The notes: generated by a model not told the origin, from the sequence alone. A stretch of 63,939 bases of DNA, filler included, from Octopus bimaculoides (GCF_001194135.2; 6 parts of 6 records of this genome joined end to end with filler, not necessarily neighbours in it); one strand, 5' to 3'. Positions 39,041 through 52,568 are shown, counted from the first letter of the whole stretch. Numbers and translations are program-made.

Positions 39041-41882
39041 CAGTTAGCATAACTTATTCTGCATACAATAACAGTACATCAAGAAAATATGATTTCTGGT
39101 ACTGGTGATTACACGCTCTTTTTAACCTCTACCTACCTGACCTTACATACAGGTAATTTCTTACACAGGACTTCATACCTACAAGCTGCTTGTTTTCTCC
39201 GAATACAGTTGTATAATTTCTCCAACCCTACCCCAATCACCGAGAAACCTGGCCTCTAAAACAATAGACTTAAAGTAGAACCTACCACATCATCATTTCT
39301 TTTCTTACCAATAACACCAAAGAACACCAAATATAAACAACCAACATATTCAATAATATAAACATTCCATACTCAAGTACAATACAAAAATACTAGAAAT
39401 CACCTACAGCACCTCTATAAAACTCACAGCATACATAGAGCACAGAGTCAAAGAAGCAAAATACCGCACAAATGATCTGAGAATACTTACAAATATCATA
39501 TCTGTATAAACTTAGGAAACAACAGTACTAATACGAAAACAATTTATGTCCTCCGTGTATTATGCTTTAGCCACCTTCACCATCCCAATCTTTTCAAAAA
39601 AAATGTTATAACCAGCAAGAATCCAAATTAGTGCTTTTCACATCATCCAGATGTATGAGAACAGATGGAAATACTACTGATACTGATATTATTCATATTT
39701 CGTCAATGCAGCTATGGTAGCTGGTTGAGTTAGTGAATGGAAATATGTTTCTTGGCTGCGTGAAGAAGTAAATGAAAGACATCCACGAACATTTAACAGA
39801 AGAATTTATTGTTTCACATGAAGACAAACTGTGTTATCCATTTACAGTTAACAACAGCAATAAATACAGACTGGAAGAGAGATTCTACTCTGAGATTACA
39901 GAAAGCTATTGACACGACAATCTACCATTTGCCCAACATATCTGAAATCAATTGCGCTATCTTCATGACGACGGAGGTTCTTTGTCATCTGTTTTGGCCG
40001 TCTGTCTGGGCCATCTGCCGGGAAAGAATGGAGATACATGTTGCTCAGCCAGCTCAACATACTGGAAAGAGTTTAGGCATCAAAAGCGGTCTTTTATAGG
40101 GTACAAGAAAAAGATTCTAGAAGATTAACTCACACCATAGCTTGACGCTGATAGGTTCCTTAATAGAACCATCACGTGAAACTATAGTGGTTCGGTCGTG
40201 GTGTCTCACCAACTATCCAGTGATTAGGTTTCGAATCACTGCTACACTACCTACACAACGAAAAAATACTCAAAAGAAAATTCCACATGCATATGCGAAG
40301 ATAATAAGCTCCGGCCTTACAATACATTTCTCTACATGTTCAATTTCTTTGAAAATCTTATTCGTTAACAATATCTTAGAATAACATCCTAAAATCACTA
40401 GTCAGACACTCCATCCAGACAAACAAAAGCACATTCACAGAAAATAGTATCAATATCAATATTTCGTCAACATAAATGCTGCCGAGAAGCACACCACCAG
40501 ATATAAGTGCAAAAGAACAGCATTTGTAGTGCTTCAAATCCACCTCTGCTCTGGCTTCTACCATAATCTACAAGCAAACAGCAAAAGACTGGACAGTGAT
40601 ATAAGCCCAACGCGTCCAAGCTGCAACATTTCACCTCAAACGATATACTGCTTTATAAACTACTGCAATAAACTATTATGCGCAGCATATCCTCAACTAT
40701 ATGGAGATATATGTAAATACTCGATATGTGGATCGTGTCCGGTCATTTGACAGACTAACTGAATTCCTTAGGTTTATTCAAACGGGGCTGACTGAAGCTA
40801 CATAACAACTAATAACCAAAGTACATTACTTATGTGGCAATATTTTGCCTTGACGATGGTTATTGATTCCATCGTATTACTGTTTACATATTGAATGTGA
40901 AAAACTATATCAACCAAAATTGATTTGAATCTTATATACTTTAAAGAATTACGTATTTATTGTCTATTAGAAATATAACATCAGATCATTCTGTATTTAA
41001 TTTTTGACCACGTTTCTATAACCTCATTACAATAACAGGCTTCTAAAAGGATATTTATCTTTTAAAATTGCTGTCTCCCATTATCTTCTTCCGTCATTAA
41101 AGTCGATGCCTTCAATTTAATGAAAATGGATGTCACTTAGATTTTGAAAGCCATTCAAATATGGAACAATAATTGTCAATCCTAAATTTGTCAATCACAA
41201 GTGTCTTTGCAGAAAAATCAATAATTGTCTATACTAGGAAATCTTTCAAATTCGTTTTCAGATAATACGTCTTTATTTTTATTTGCCAGAAAGAACATTT
41301 TACTTTCTGAAAAATTTATTTTTTATCTTCGTAACAAGAGATTGTTATTTGGAGTAAGATTATTTTAGTTTTTTTTCTACTCACTTCTAAAAGATTTGGT
41401 TGCCCTAAAAATAATTTATATATATATATATACATATATGCATGTATGTATACACACACACATAAATACATACTGGATCTAGGTTAGAAAGTGACTCTTT
41501 CTCTATTGGCAAGAAATCTTGAAATAAAACTGAATAACAACACACATACATACATTTGAAAGTATAAGTAACGTTTTCATACATACTTTAAAGAGGAGTA
41601 AACTGGAAATAAAGAAGGGAGTGATATAGCACAGTCACTGCAGTAGTACACTTCACTTCAAAAAAAGGGATCGTGTCCTCTCTCAATCTTCCTTAAATTC
41701 TGACCAGACAATTCAATGAAATTATCCAAGTAACCAGTGACAGAAGTCTTTTAGTACACGCGAGCACACACATAAACACGCACGCATAAACACACACAAA
41801 CATGCACACATAAACACGCATTAACGCAGACATATATGCATTTGCATACATACCGACACGCACTTACCGATGCATGCGCGCG

Positions 41883-41932
<50 letters not shown>

Positions 41933-42667
41933 ACGTTTTGGAAGAGAAATTGCTACAACAAAATAAACAGAAGTAATCTGATAAAGTAACGATAGAAGAG
42001 AACATGGCAGCAAAATGGAGAGTAAGACTTCGAATTTTATTGCTGGACCCAGTGTTTCTCAGATTATACTCCGCAATGGTTGATATTAACTTTCATCGTG
42101 TGATAAACAGGTACCTGTATTATATTGACTTAGTTAAATCAACTATACTTATATCCACATTACAAAATGAAATTTTCCATTATGCGCAATCGAGAAATCC
42201 ATATCACCATCAGCAGCAACATGAACTACAACAACCACCGTTAAATACGTTTGACGAGTTTCACAATTCATTCATAACCATGAAACATCATACTGAATTT
42301 CATTAATCTATAATTTCAAATCATTTGTTGAACCGATTCTCTATCTGCCTCTAAGCATTTCACACAAATACAAGAATACTGACATCGAAAAGATATTTCA
42401 TCCCAAAAAATTACTCGAACAGAAACGGAATCTATTGCAAATTCAATTACAGAAAGAAACAAGTAAAATTATATAAATTTACTATAACCAGAATTTTCAT
42501 TTATATTGTTAATGAAATTTAAAACAATAACTACAAATTAGTTTTATAATCTTGATTCATTTTTATAAAAACAAATTAACAAAACTAGAATTTCTTTTCC
42601 TGAGATTATTCTTTATATCATCTTCATTACCACCATTTTTGTTATACATATACACATATACACAGTA

Positions 42668-42990
42668 ATCTATATATATAAAGATGAGAATGTGTGTTTG
42701 TCTGTCTGTCTGTGTGAATCTCTAAAACTCAAGAACTACTCAACCGATTACATTCAAATTTTACACATGCCTTATTTAGGGTCCATATAGTGTCATGGGC
42801 CAAAAACGTTTCAACTTTTTGCCTAATGCGAGCCCAGAGCAATCTCTTATATCTTCCACTATTTCAGTATTACGTGTCAAAAGTGAAACAATAATATCTC
42901 TCTATTGTAATGTCAGATACTTTCACTTTAATAGTTTCCCTATTAATACTGAAACTATTAAAGTGAAATTATTATCTCACATATATACAG
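42668..42990 (+). mobile_element. Non-autonomous Helitron-like element, 5' part
   Basis: Starts TCTATATATATAAAG, followed by (GTCT)n and AACTACTCAACCGATT.CATTCAAATTT, which is typical of small Helitron/HINE-like repeats. The 3' end is lost in the gap. Confidence 0.55.
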
Positions 42991-43092
42991 GCNNNNNNNN
43001 NNNNNNNNNNNNNNNNNNNNNNNNNNNNNNNNNNNNNNNNNNNNNNNNNNNNNNNNNNNNNNNNNNNNNNNNNNNNNNNNNNNNNNNNNNNN

Positions 43093-43130
<38 letters not shown>

Positions 43131-43174
43131 TGTATATGTATAGATGTGTATGTATACATGTATACGGGACACAT

Positions 43175-44068
43175 GAGAGGTGCAGCAACATCAAAGGAAG
43201 ATGAAGATTAACCGAGAAGATAGCTTTCTCGTGCGGCAGATGCACAGGGGTAATAAACACTACAGATGCTCAGAAAATAGATTCTATCACACTCTAGGGG
43301 AAGAAACTAGAAGTAGTTGATAGCTTCCGTTACCTAGGTGACCAAGTAAGTAGTGGGGGTAGATGCTCTGAGAGTGTTACCACTAGAATAAGAATAGCCT
43401 GGGCAAAGTTCAGAAAGCTTCTACCCCTACTGGTGACAAAGGGCCTCTCGCTCAGAATGAAAGGTAGATTGTACGATGCATGTGTGCGAACTGCCATGCT
43501 TCACGGCAGTGAAACATGGGCCGTGACTGCGGAGGACATGCGTAGGCTCGAAAGAAATTAAGCTAGCATGATCCGCTGGATGTGTAATGTCAGTGTACAC
43601 ACACAAGGGAGTGTAAGCGCTCTGAGAGAAATGTTGGACATAAGAAGCATCGGATGTGGCGTGCAAGAGAGACGTTTGCGCTGGTATGGTCATGTACTAT
43701 GGATGGATGAGGAGAACTGTGTAAAGAAGTGCCACTCCCAAACAGTTGAAGGAATCTGGGGTAGAGGTAGACTCAGGAAGACATGGGATAAGGTAGTGAA
43801 GCATGACCTTCAAACGTTGGACCTCACAGGGACAATGACGAAAGACCGAGAACTTTGGAGATATGCTGTGGCTACGAAGACCCGGGAAATAAAGTGAGTT
43901 TACGGCTGTATCCTACACCAGTTTCGCATAACTAGACCCAGCCCATTCAAAAGTACCTTGGATCGTAGGGCGACCTGCTGTGCTTGAGGAGACCTATTGA
44001 GTCAAGTACATCAACATCAAAATGAAAATCAAATGGAAATTGTAGTTGTGATACCCGTGTTGGCGGCA
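43175..44068 (+). mobile_element. RTE LINE: RT C-terminus plus start of the 3' UTR
   Basis: KLEVVDSFRYLGDQVSSGG..RIRIAWAKFRKLLPLL..KGRLYDACVRTAMLHGSETWAVT..IRWMC..RRLRWYGHV..GRGRLRKTW; two in-frame stops. The ORF ends at 43897. Confidence 0.92.
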
Positions 44069-45305
44069 NNNNNNNNNNAGACTGGCTAGATTTTTTCGTA
44101 GAATGGGGATAAACATCATTTATGAAGACCATATTTCTGTAGCTAATTTCTTGGATGTGACATTAGATATTAAAAATGAGACATATAGACCATATCATAA
44201 ACCTTTAACTTACCTAAAATATATAAATAAATCGAGTAACCATCCTAGAAGAATTATTGATAATTTAGTTTTAAATATTTCATTAAGACTCTCCAGATTA
44301 TCTGCTAATGATAAGATTTTTAATAATGAAGCTCAATTCTATAATTCGGCATTAAATAGGGTAGGATACAAAGAGAAGGTTTACTATATTGAAACTGATA
44401 GTAACAACGTTAAGACAGATAGAAATAATAGGTATAAGAATAAACTTAGTGGAAATAAGGAAGACAAAACCCAGGAATTTCCATAAACGTAACATAGGTA
44501 ATTTAAAATTTTTTAAGAATTATACTAGTGACTGTGATAACACTAAAGATGATAATGTTTGGTTCATAATCCCTTTTGGTAGGAATATTAAAACTAACTT
44601 GATTGCACAGTTTAGAGAGGTGATAAGCAGACATTTCCCAAAGAATTCACACTATGATAAAATTATTAATACACATACCATTAGATTTGGTTTTTCAAAC
44701 ACTATGAACTTAGCCCAAATAATTGCAGCTCATAGTTTTAAAATACTTAAATCAAAAGAAATAGAGGTGGATAGCGATATGAACCCTGATATAAATGATA
44801 ATAATAATAATGGCGGTATTAATAATAGTGGTAATGATAATAATAATCGGAATTTGATTACAGTAACAGAGGTCAACCCCAGAAGATTGAAGCTTGAAGG
44901 CCCTAATGCGAGAGTTAGAAATGTAGTTTATCAATGTAAGGTAAGGACTCAGACAGATGTTAGCCGATACCTGGGTGTGCTTCGGGACAAATATGTAAAA
45001 GAATATCTAATCATTATAGTACCTTTAGAGATAGAAGTAAAATAGCAAGCACTAGCCTTAGTAAATTCATCTGGGAACTGAAACAACAAAAAAAAGCAAT
45101 ATTCGTTAGAATGGTCGGTCATCGGGAGGTCGTTCCCGTACGACAAAGGTAGGAGATACTGTTCGTTATGTAATTTAGAACTATATTTCATATTATTCTC
45201 TAAGGGTAAGTTGGTAAATAAACTAACAAATAATGCTCTAAAATGTACACATTTTCTAAGACACACATTTCGCTGGTTTAAATAAATTGCAATATGAACG
45301 GGTAT

Positions 45306-45820
45306 TATAGTACATTATACTATAATAGTTGGTCTTTAGGCAGGTCATTCCATTATAAAAGAGGGTTGTTTATAATTTATAGTACATTATAGTATAGTAT
45401 TAGATCTTAAGGCAGGCCATATAAATGTATAACTTAACAATAGCAGTTGTGTTTTTTGCATAAGCTTCTAGAGATAAGATAACATAGTATAGATCTCCAT
45501 CATAATAGAAGATTGTTTATAATTTATAGTACATTATAGTATAATATTAGGTCCTAAGGCAGACCATATCAATATATAACTTACCAATAGCAGCTGTGGT
45601 TTTTGCAAAAGCTCCTAGAGATAATATAGTATAGATTCCCATTGTAATTGAGGGTTGTTTATAATTTATAGTACATTATAGTATAATATTAGGTCTTAAG
45701 GTAGGCCATATCAATGTATAATTTACCAATAGCAGTTGTGGTTTTTACAATAGCTCCTAGGATAATATAGTATAAATTTCCATTGGAATAGATGATCGTT
45801 TATAACTTATTAACATTATT
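45306..45820 (+). repeat. Tandem array of ~141-147-bp units in the PLE 3' region (3 full plus 2 partial)
   Basis: The anchor TTGTTTATAATTTATAGTACATTATAG starts at 45366, 45513 and 45655, with a variant at 45796. Confidence 0.9.
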
Positions 45821-45980
45821 GATAGGATTACGAGGGGTTGTCTCCCCTTAATGGACCTTTGCATAGAAGGAACTTATTTAACGAGTCATTTAACGACAAA
45901 TTTGAATATGGACGGAACCTAGAGAAGATGTCTTGATATTTACCTCTTGTTCTTGATCTTTGTTTTTTTGTTTGTTCTTA

Positions 45981-46082
45981 AATGTATTTCCCTGGAGACG
46001 TGTATGGCAAATTATATGTTTGACTTAAATTTGACAGTCAAATATAGCCTTATACAGAAATGTTGACATAGGAATAAATTTC
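45981..46082 (+). ncRNA. Variant type I hammerhead ribozyme at the PLE 3' end
   Basis: Stem I TATTTCC/GGAATA; core CTGGAGA (45992-45998); long stem II TGTAT-GGC..TTTGAC/GTCAAA..GCC-ATACA; GAAA (46057-46060); near-palindromic stem III ATGTTGACAT; predicted cleavage after A46070. Confidence 0.6.
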
Positions 46083-46132
46083 AATGATAATGGATATTAG
46101 CGTCAAAACTCTCTTTTAAATTTAAAACTTTC

Positions 46133-46170
<38 letters not shown>

Positions 46171-47352
46171 ATACATCTATACATATAATCTATACATATG
46201 CATCATCATCATCGTTTAACGTCCGTATTTCATGCTAGTATGGGTTGGACGGTTATATATATATATAGATACTATGATAGATACTAGTTATCGATAGATA
46301 CTAGTTATATATATGTAGATACTATCTATGACTTCTAAGTAAGTGTATGTACCCATGTAATAGATAAGTTTATAAAGCTAGAAATTTTTAGTGGTGTGTT
46401 TGGGTAAACTGACCACTCATCACAATGATATCAAATTACAACCTTATTCTATATTTCAACGAGTGGTCTAGCTAAGAAATCATTTATGACCACTACAATC
46501 TCATCCAGGGCAACATCCTGTTCTCAACTTTATAGTATTTTATCTCTTTATCTCTTATTCTACTTTGTTTTATTTCTTTTGTTACTTTATTCCAATTTTG
46601 CTAAATCTTATTTATATATGTATCTAACTTTATTATCCTTATTTATAAAGTATATTAGAATTAAGTAGAATTTAATTATATTTTAAAATGTAGAAATACA
46701 ATTGGCCGGTTTCATATTAAATTTTCAAAAGTGTATAATATATGAAGCTGTGTCACGAAATTATATTTATTCTAACTATTGTTATAAAGTTAGTTTGTTT
46801 TTCAAGTAGGAATTTGGCTCAGAGTGCTATTCCTTGACATATTGTTTAGTCAACATTCATGTACTAATTGCTGCTATATGAATTATGGTTTCCTTAAGTA
46901 GACATTCTACAACAACTAGTTCATAGGAAAAGGAGAATCATGTAATACTAGTGCATTTTATAGCCTGTTCAGCAGTGGCTGGTATTTTTGTAATATATAT
47001 ATATATCTGTAAAAATATGTGACAATTATTCGGTAGTCATGATAAAACTCCGAGTTTGAGATACCGGGGCAGAAACCCACGCCGCCATCTCTTCAGTTAT
47101 TTGGCCACTGAAAAATTCTATGAAAATGACCGTTAAACAAAGGGAAATTACTGTGTGGTTGACCGTTATTAAGACAAAAGAGCTATTAGAATGAGTACAA
47201 CAAATCCAACAGCTGTTTCTGGGGGATCAGTGGTCCAAAATAATGATTGTAAATTGTCTATCGTCTTACATCTGAGGTGTTGACAAAGATTATATACATA
47301 CATACACACACACACACATATATACATATACATAGACACATATATACATATA

Positions 47353-47385
<33 letters not shown>

Positions 47386-48169
47386 NNNNNNNNNNNNNNN
47401 NNNNNNNNNNNNNNNNNNNNNNNNNNNNNTTAATTAATTAANNNNNNNNNNNNNNNNNNNNNNNNNNNNNNNNNNNNNNNNNNNNATATATATATATATA
47501 TGCGTGTTTTTGTGTCTGTATGCATATATATTTATTATCTATACACCGGTTTATATAATATTTGTGTGTGTGTGTGTGTGTGTGTGTACATGTAAATTCC
47601 TGCGTATTTAAGAATTTGTTTCAGTCTCCGTCTCTATGTGTCTGTCTGCCTCTGTGTGCGTGTGTGTGCATATACATGTGTGTGTGTGTATTTGCATATG
47701 TGTACAAGAATAAACGTATGATATACAAAGGGAGAAACGTATCTTTAAACGATGCACTTAAAACTGGAGGAGTATAACAACTATGTAAATAATGAGTAAC
47801 ACTGAATATATAGAGACTTAGTACATTCTTCATGTTGCTTCTTAACCACATGGTTCTGGGTTCAAACCCATAGTATGGCACTCTACGCAAATGTTTTCTA
47901 CTATATTTGCTAGGAAGAAACTGTCGTATATATACATGTACAGTATGCGTAAGATATTTGAGGATAGATTTATATTTATAACAAAAACAAAACAGATATT
48001 TAAAAACTGCTATAAGGATAAAAGTAAACCTTCTTTTCTATAATGTAATTCAATAAAGCCACCTTAACCTTGAACAGATGCTTCTATATAAAATCTAAAT
48101 CATCTACATGCTTGAATCAAGTGGTCCTGGTGCATTAAAACAAATATCAAATAGATTATGGCTGGTAGA

Positions 48170-48800
48170 TAGCAGTTTACTCTGAGTAGCCACCCTCAGC
48201 TTCCACCAGGGTGTCATACGGCTCTGGAACCTGATGAATTCATTTTTCATTGTATTCCTGGGTACATCTTCGAACACCTTTTGATCTTGGTCATCAGCTT
48301 GGCCTTGATATTGCAGACAAAGCGGTTGATATGTCTCAACTGCCCCCTACATATAGCATTCCATTACAATCAAGGAATTAGGAGACCAGTATTTAGAGCT
48401 GGTTAAGTCGTACAAATTCTCTCACAACCACTTTTGACTCATTCTGGAGTTATCGCAAGGCAGTATGACAAGAATCCAAATCTTTTTCCCCACACATATA
48501 ATCTTTCAGCAGCAACCATCTCTAGCTACGATTGACCACAGTCTCTGACAGCTTCACATACTCTCCTGAACTGAGCCCTATTCAAAGCTGTGGCGGGGAA
48601 TTCCGGCGTGCGGGTGCAATCAAAACGCCTGCTGGCTTCGGCGTCTTAGTCTCCGTGGTAGCTATTTGTGTTACGCCTTACAGCCTTTACGATGTTTACA
48701 GAGCATTGCGCAGCAGACATAACGTGGGCATTTTGATACTCGCCGCAAATCGGTCTGATAGAGGTAACTTTTTTCCAATGCTCAGGTGGCATTCAGTCCT
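48170..48800 (-). mobile_element. Internally deleted Tc1/maT-like (DD37D-type) transposon
   Basis: Minus strand: N-terminal VMSAAQCSVNIVKAVRR..RRFDCTRTPEF; C-terminal KDLDSCHT..QKWL.ENLYD..YWSPNSLDCN..VGAVE..CNIKAKLMTKIKKVFEDVPRNT..VEAEGGYSE*. Confidence 0.8.
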
Positions 48801-49035
48801 ACATATCAACCAGATTTTTCTCAACTACAAATTTAATATTTATGCTCTCCATCGCTAGTCACTGTTCACCAATGAATCAAGTTATTTCTAAAGAAAGGAG
48901 ACATAAAAATAATTGCTAAATTTAGCCCTAATATGCTCTGTGTATGAGTGTGTATATGTGTGTGTGTGTATATACATATATATACATATACATATATCTG
49001 CATACACACAAAAATATATTCCTACATTGATATAT

Positions 49036-49078
<43 letters not shown>

Positions 49079-49124
49079 CATAGACACACATATATTATAT
49101 TGTATTATATTATATTATATTATG

Positions 49125-49173
<49 letters not shown>

Positions 49174-49585
49174 ATAATTACAGAGGTGTGTATTTGAACA
49201 CACTCACACACACGTACACACACGCATATACATATATACATATACATACTAACATACAAAAACCTCAAAATAAGATGCATTCTATTCAAAGCTATGAGTC
49301 TTTAAGTGAGAGACAAATTCTTCACCTCGATATAACTTTACAGACAACGGTTACATTCTCACCGACGAGATTTGATTTAAGAATCCTTCAAGTGTTAAAT
49401 GAGAAGCAATAAACAAACTTTAAAAGGCATAACCAATGATGTGACGAAATAAATCACACACAATAATAATAGTAACAACAACAACAACAACAATTTCTTT
49501 TATTTGCCGCTTGGGCAACAGACATAAAGTAAGGGAAGTTTAGCCAGTATAAAATAATAGAAAAAGATGGTATACATAATAAACG

Positions 49586-49820
49586 AAGGCGGCAAGTTGG
49601 CAGAATCATTAGCACGCCGGGCGAAACGCTTAGCGGTATTTCGTCTGCCATCACGTTCTGAGTTCAAATTTCGCCGAGGTCGACTTTGCCTTTCATCCTT
49701 TCGTGGTCGATAAATTAAGTACCAGTTACACACTGGGGTCGATGTAATCGACTTAATCCCTTTGTCTGTCTTTGTTTGTCCCCTCTATGTTTAGCCCCTT
49801 GTGGGCAATAAATAAATAAT
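49586..49820 (+). mobile_element. Full-length tRNA-SINE family A with L1/Tx1-like tail (type 2)
   Basis: AAGGCGGCAAGTTGGCAGAATC head, GAGTTCAAAT B-box, GCCTTTCATCCTTTCGTGGTCGATAAATTAAGTACCAG core, and tail TTTGTCTGTCTTTGTTTGTCCCCTCTATGT..GTGGGCAATAAA. Confidence 0.88.
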
Positions 49821-49879
49821 ACATAATAAACGAAAAAAAGAAGTGTACATTGTATATATTAGTAAAAAAAAAAAAATAA

Positions 49880-50400
49880 AAGGTGATGGCTGTGTGATTC
49901 TCCTGGTACAAAGCAGCTCCAAAGACTATCGAAGAACCCCATACAAGATCTTTTTGAGCACCCAAGACAAATGCCCTCTACAAGTCCTCTTCTCCGACTC
50001 ATAGTTCTGTACTTTGTGTCATTCACTCTTGCTGTTTTTATCACTTTCTCCCACCAATCAGTAAATTCGCTCGGGGACAGCATCTCCCTCTTTACTTTCA
50101 ATTTCCTTTTCAAGTAAAACTCGAAAGACTCGATGAGGGATCTACATAAGAGGAAAGTGTGTCCCCTCATACTTTCCAGCCTCGTCCGCCAGACCACCTC
50201 TTTTGCAATAGCAACCTGGCAAAAGAAAACTGCCTTGCTTCTACATTAAAACAAGGCGGCGAAGCAACCAGCTGAGATCTGTCCCACATGCGACAAAGGC
50301 TGTTTGACGTAACTTCACAAGTAAGCAATGCTCCAACACTGCGCGAATGCATGCAAAACAGTTTCGTCGATATGTGTGCATCTCGGGGAAATGGAGATGA
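49880..50400 (-). mobile_element. L1/Tx1 ORF2 C-terminal fragment
   Basis: Minus strand: Cys-rich piece C..CSVGALLTC..LWD, then VAIAKEVVWRTRLESMRG..LIESFEFYLKRKLKVKRE.LS.SEF...W..V; this is a Tx1-like ORF2 end. Confidence 0.7.
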
Positions 50401-50429
50401 GTCGATTACATCGAAATTTTTGGGGAGTG

Positions 50430-50560
50430 GACAAATCGATAAGATCGACCCCAGTGCACAAGAGGTACTTAATTTATCGACCCCGAAAAGGTGAAAGGCA
50501 AAGTCGACCTCGGCGGAATTTGAACTCAGAACGTGCAGACAGACGAAATGCAGCTAAGCT
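50430..50560 (-). mobile_element. tRNA-SINE family A, partial
   Basis: GGTACTTAATTTATCGACCCCGAAAAGGTGAAAGGCAAAGTCGACCTCGGCGGAATTTGAACTCAG is the reverse complement of the core. Confidence 0.85.
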
Positions 50561-50719
50561 AAATACCGCTAATAATAATGAATTTGCGTGTGTAAACTGG
50601 GAATGCGTACAATGAGTTTCTCTGCCCTAGGTGTACGGAAAACACTCGGCGAGAAATCGAGAAATGGAAGAAAATTTGAAGAAGAAAAAAACAACGTAAT
50701 AATGATGATGATGATGATG

Positions 50720-50757
<38 letters not shown>

Positions 50758-52568
50758 TCAGTAAAATTGGAATTGACAAGTTTGAGAAATATTTCGGAGA
50801 AATTGAAATTGACATGAGGGGCCAGTGGAGATTTTGAGGTTAGTACTTAGGTGTTAAGTTTCGTGGAAAGGGACCTTGTGAAACCTTTGACAAGTTGCTT
50901 TCCACTCTCACAGGATTAACCGGAGCAAGTAAATTCGAGAGCTCTGAGAAATAAAATATAGCAATAATAATAATAATCACTAACAGTTGTCCATTATTTC
51001 TAGATGTTTACAAATCAATCGACGTTTGATGCTTGTTTTTGTTTTGTTGGGGTCATCATTCGATACGGCTCGCCATTCATCTTTCGTTTAACTGAATTAG
51101 AAGGAAGATTATTTATTATTTATTTTTTTTCATATAAATCCGCCCGCTATTTCCTTGTTTACATTTGTGGTTTGTAATTCTTTACTTCAGAAATTTTACA
51201 ACATCAGACGTGAGATATATTTAGACTTGTAGCTTTTCTACTTCGTTTAGAAGTTGCAATCTTGAGATTAGTGAAATCTCAATTGCTATTTGAATATTAG
51301 AAAGGCAAATACTTCGTCGAGATTATCAAACTGAAGAAATAAACGAGAGTTTTATTTTTCCTTCTTGTTATATCTTCTTTATCGTTTTTCATTAAGTTTG
51401 AATGAATTCATAATGATTTTAATTCTAAAGTTTAAAGCGAAATAGTATTGGAGAGATTGTAAAAATAGTATGCGCACACAGCATCTTAATGCCAAGAAAA
51501 CTCCATGACAACAGGGAAGGAGAAACGCTTACGCATCGATTATCGAAACTGTTGTGAAAATTAAACTTTAAAAACAATCATTATAAATCTCTAGAATGCA
51601 TTTCGTAGAATTCAATTAAGTTTTCATCTGTAAAAATTGAAAAAAATTATCATTAATGAAGCGGAACACCATTATTCTGTATAGAGCTGAGTGGTAATAA
51701 TGCTGTCTATACCTATCTATCTAACAAGTAGACGGACTAATTGCCGCTAAGCATTTTGCCCGGCGTGCTAACGATTCTGCCCGCTCGCCGCCTTAATAAT
51801 GAAAGCTGTAGCAATGCTTCATTCCCTGACGCGACGGGCAAGTAACAACATGATCGGCCAAACTCGAGATCTTCTATGTATTCATGCATCTGTTGCGACC
51901 CAGACTGCAAAATGGATGCAACACAACATAATGCACGAAGTCCCACATGTAAGGGCCAGTAAGAGGATGGGCCGAAACGATCGTCGTAAAAAACAAAGAC
52001 TAATACCAAACCCATTTNNNNNNNNNNNNNNNNNNNNNNNNNNNNNNNNNNNNNNNNNNNNNNNNNNNNNNNNNNNNNNNNNNNNNNNNNNNNNNNNNNN
52101 NNNNNNNNNNNNNNNNNNNNNNNNNNNNNNNNNNNNNNNNNNNNNNNNNNNNNNNNNNNNNNNNNNNNNNNNNNNNNNNNNNNNNNNNNNNNNNNNNNNN
52201 NNNNNNNNNNNNNNNNNNNNNNNNNNNNNNNNNNNNNNNNNNNNNNNNNNNNNNNNNNNNNNNNNNNNNNNNNNNNNNNNNNNNNNNNNNNNNNNNNNNN
52301 NNNNNNNNNNNNNNNNNNNNNNNNNNNNNNNNNNNNNNNNNNNNNNNNNNNNNNNNNNNNNNNNNNNNNNNNNNNNNNNNNNNNNNNNNNNNNNNNNNNN
52401 NNNNNNNNNNNNNNNNNNNNNNNNNNNNNNNNNNNNNNNNNNNNNNNNNNNNNNNNNNNNNNNNNNNNNNNNNNNNNNNNNNNNNNNNNNNNNNNNNNNN
52501 NNNNNNNNNNNNNNNNNNNNNNNNNNNNNNNNNNNNNNNNNNNNNNNNNNNNNNNNNNNNNNNNNNNG

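Larger units (their letters stand above)
44079..46110 (+). mobile_element. Penelope-like element: RT thumb, GIY-YIG endonuclease, tandem-repeat 3' region and hammerhead
   Basis: ANFLDVTLDIKNETYRPYHKP..YINKSSNHP; VWFIIPF..RHFPKNSHYDKIINTHTIRFGFSNTMNL; NVVYQCKV..YLG; then, after a frameshift, RISNHYSTF..STSLSKFIWELK..LEWSVIG..YCSLCNLE..KCTH* ending near 45286. Confidence 0.9.

Noticed and set aside
45306-45820. Regularly spaced repeats (also 56770-57180 and 61735-61960) as a possible CRISPR-like array
   Set aside because: These are contiguous tandem units with no unique spacers, in a eukaryotic context with no cas genes.
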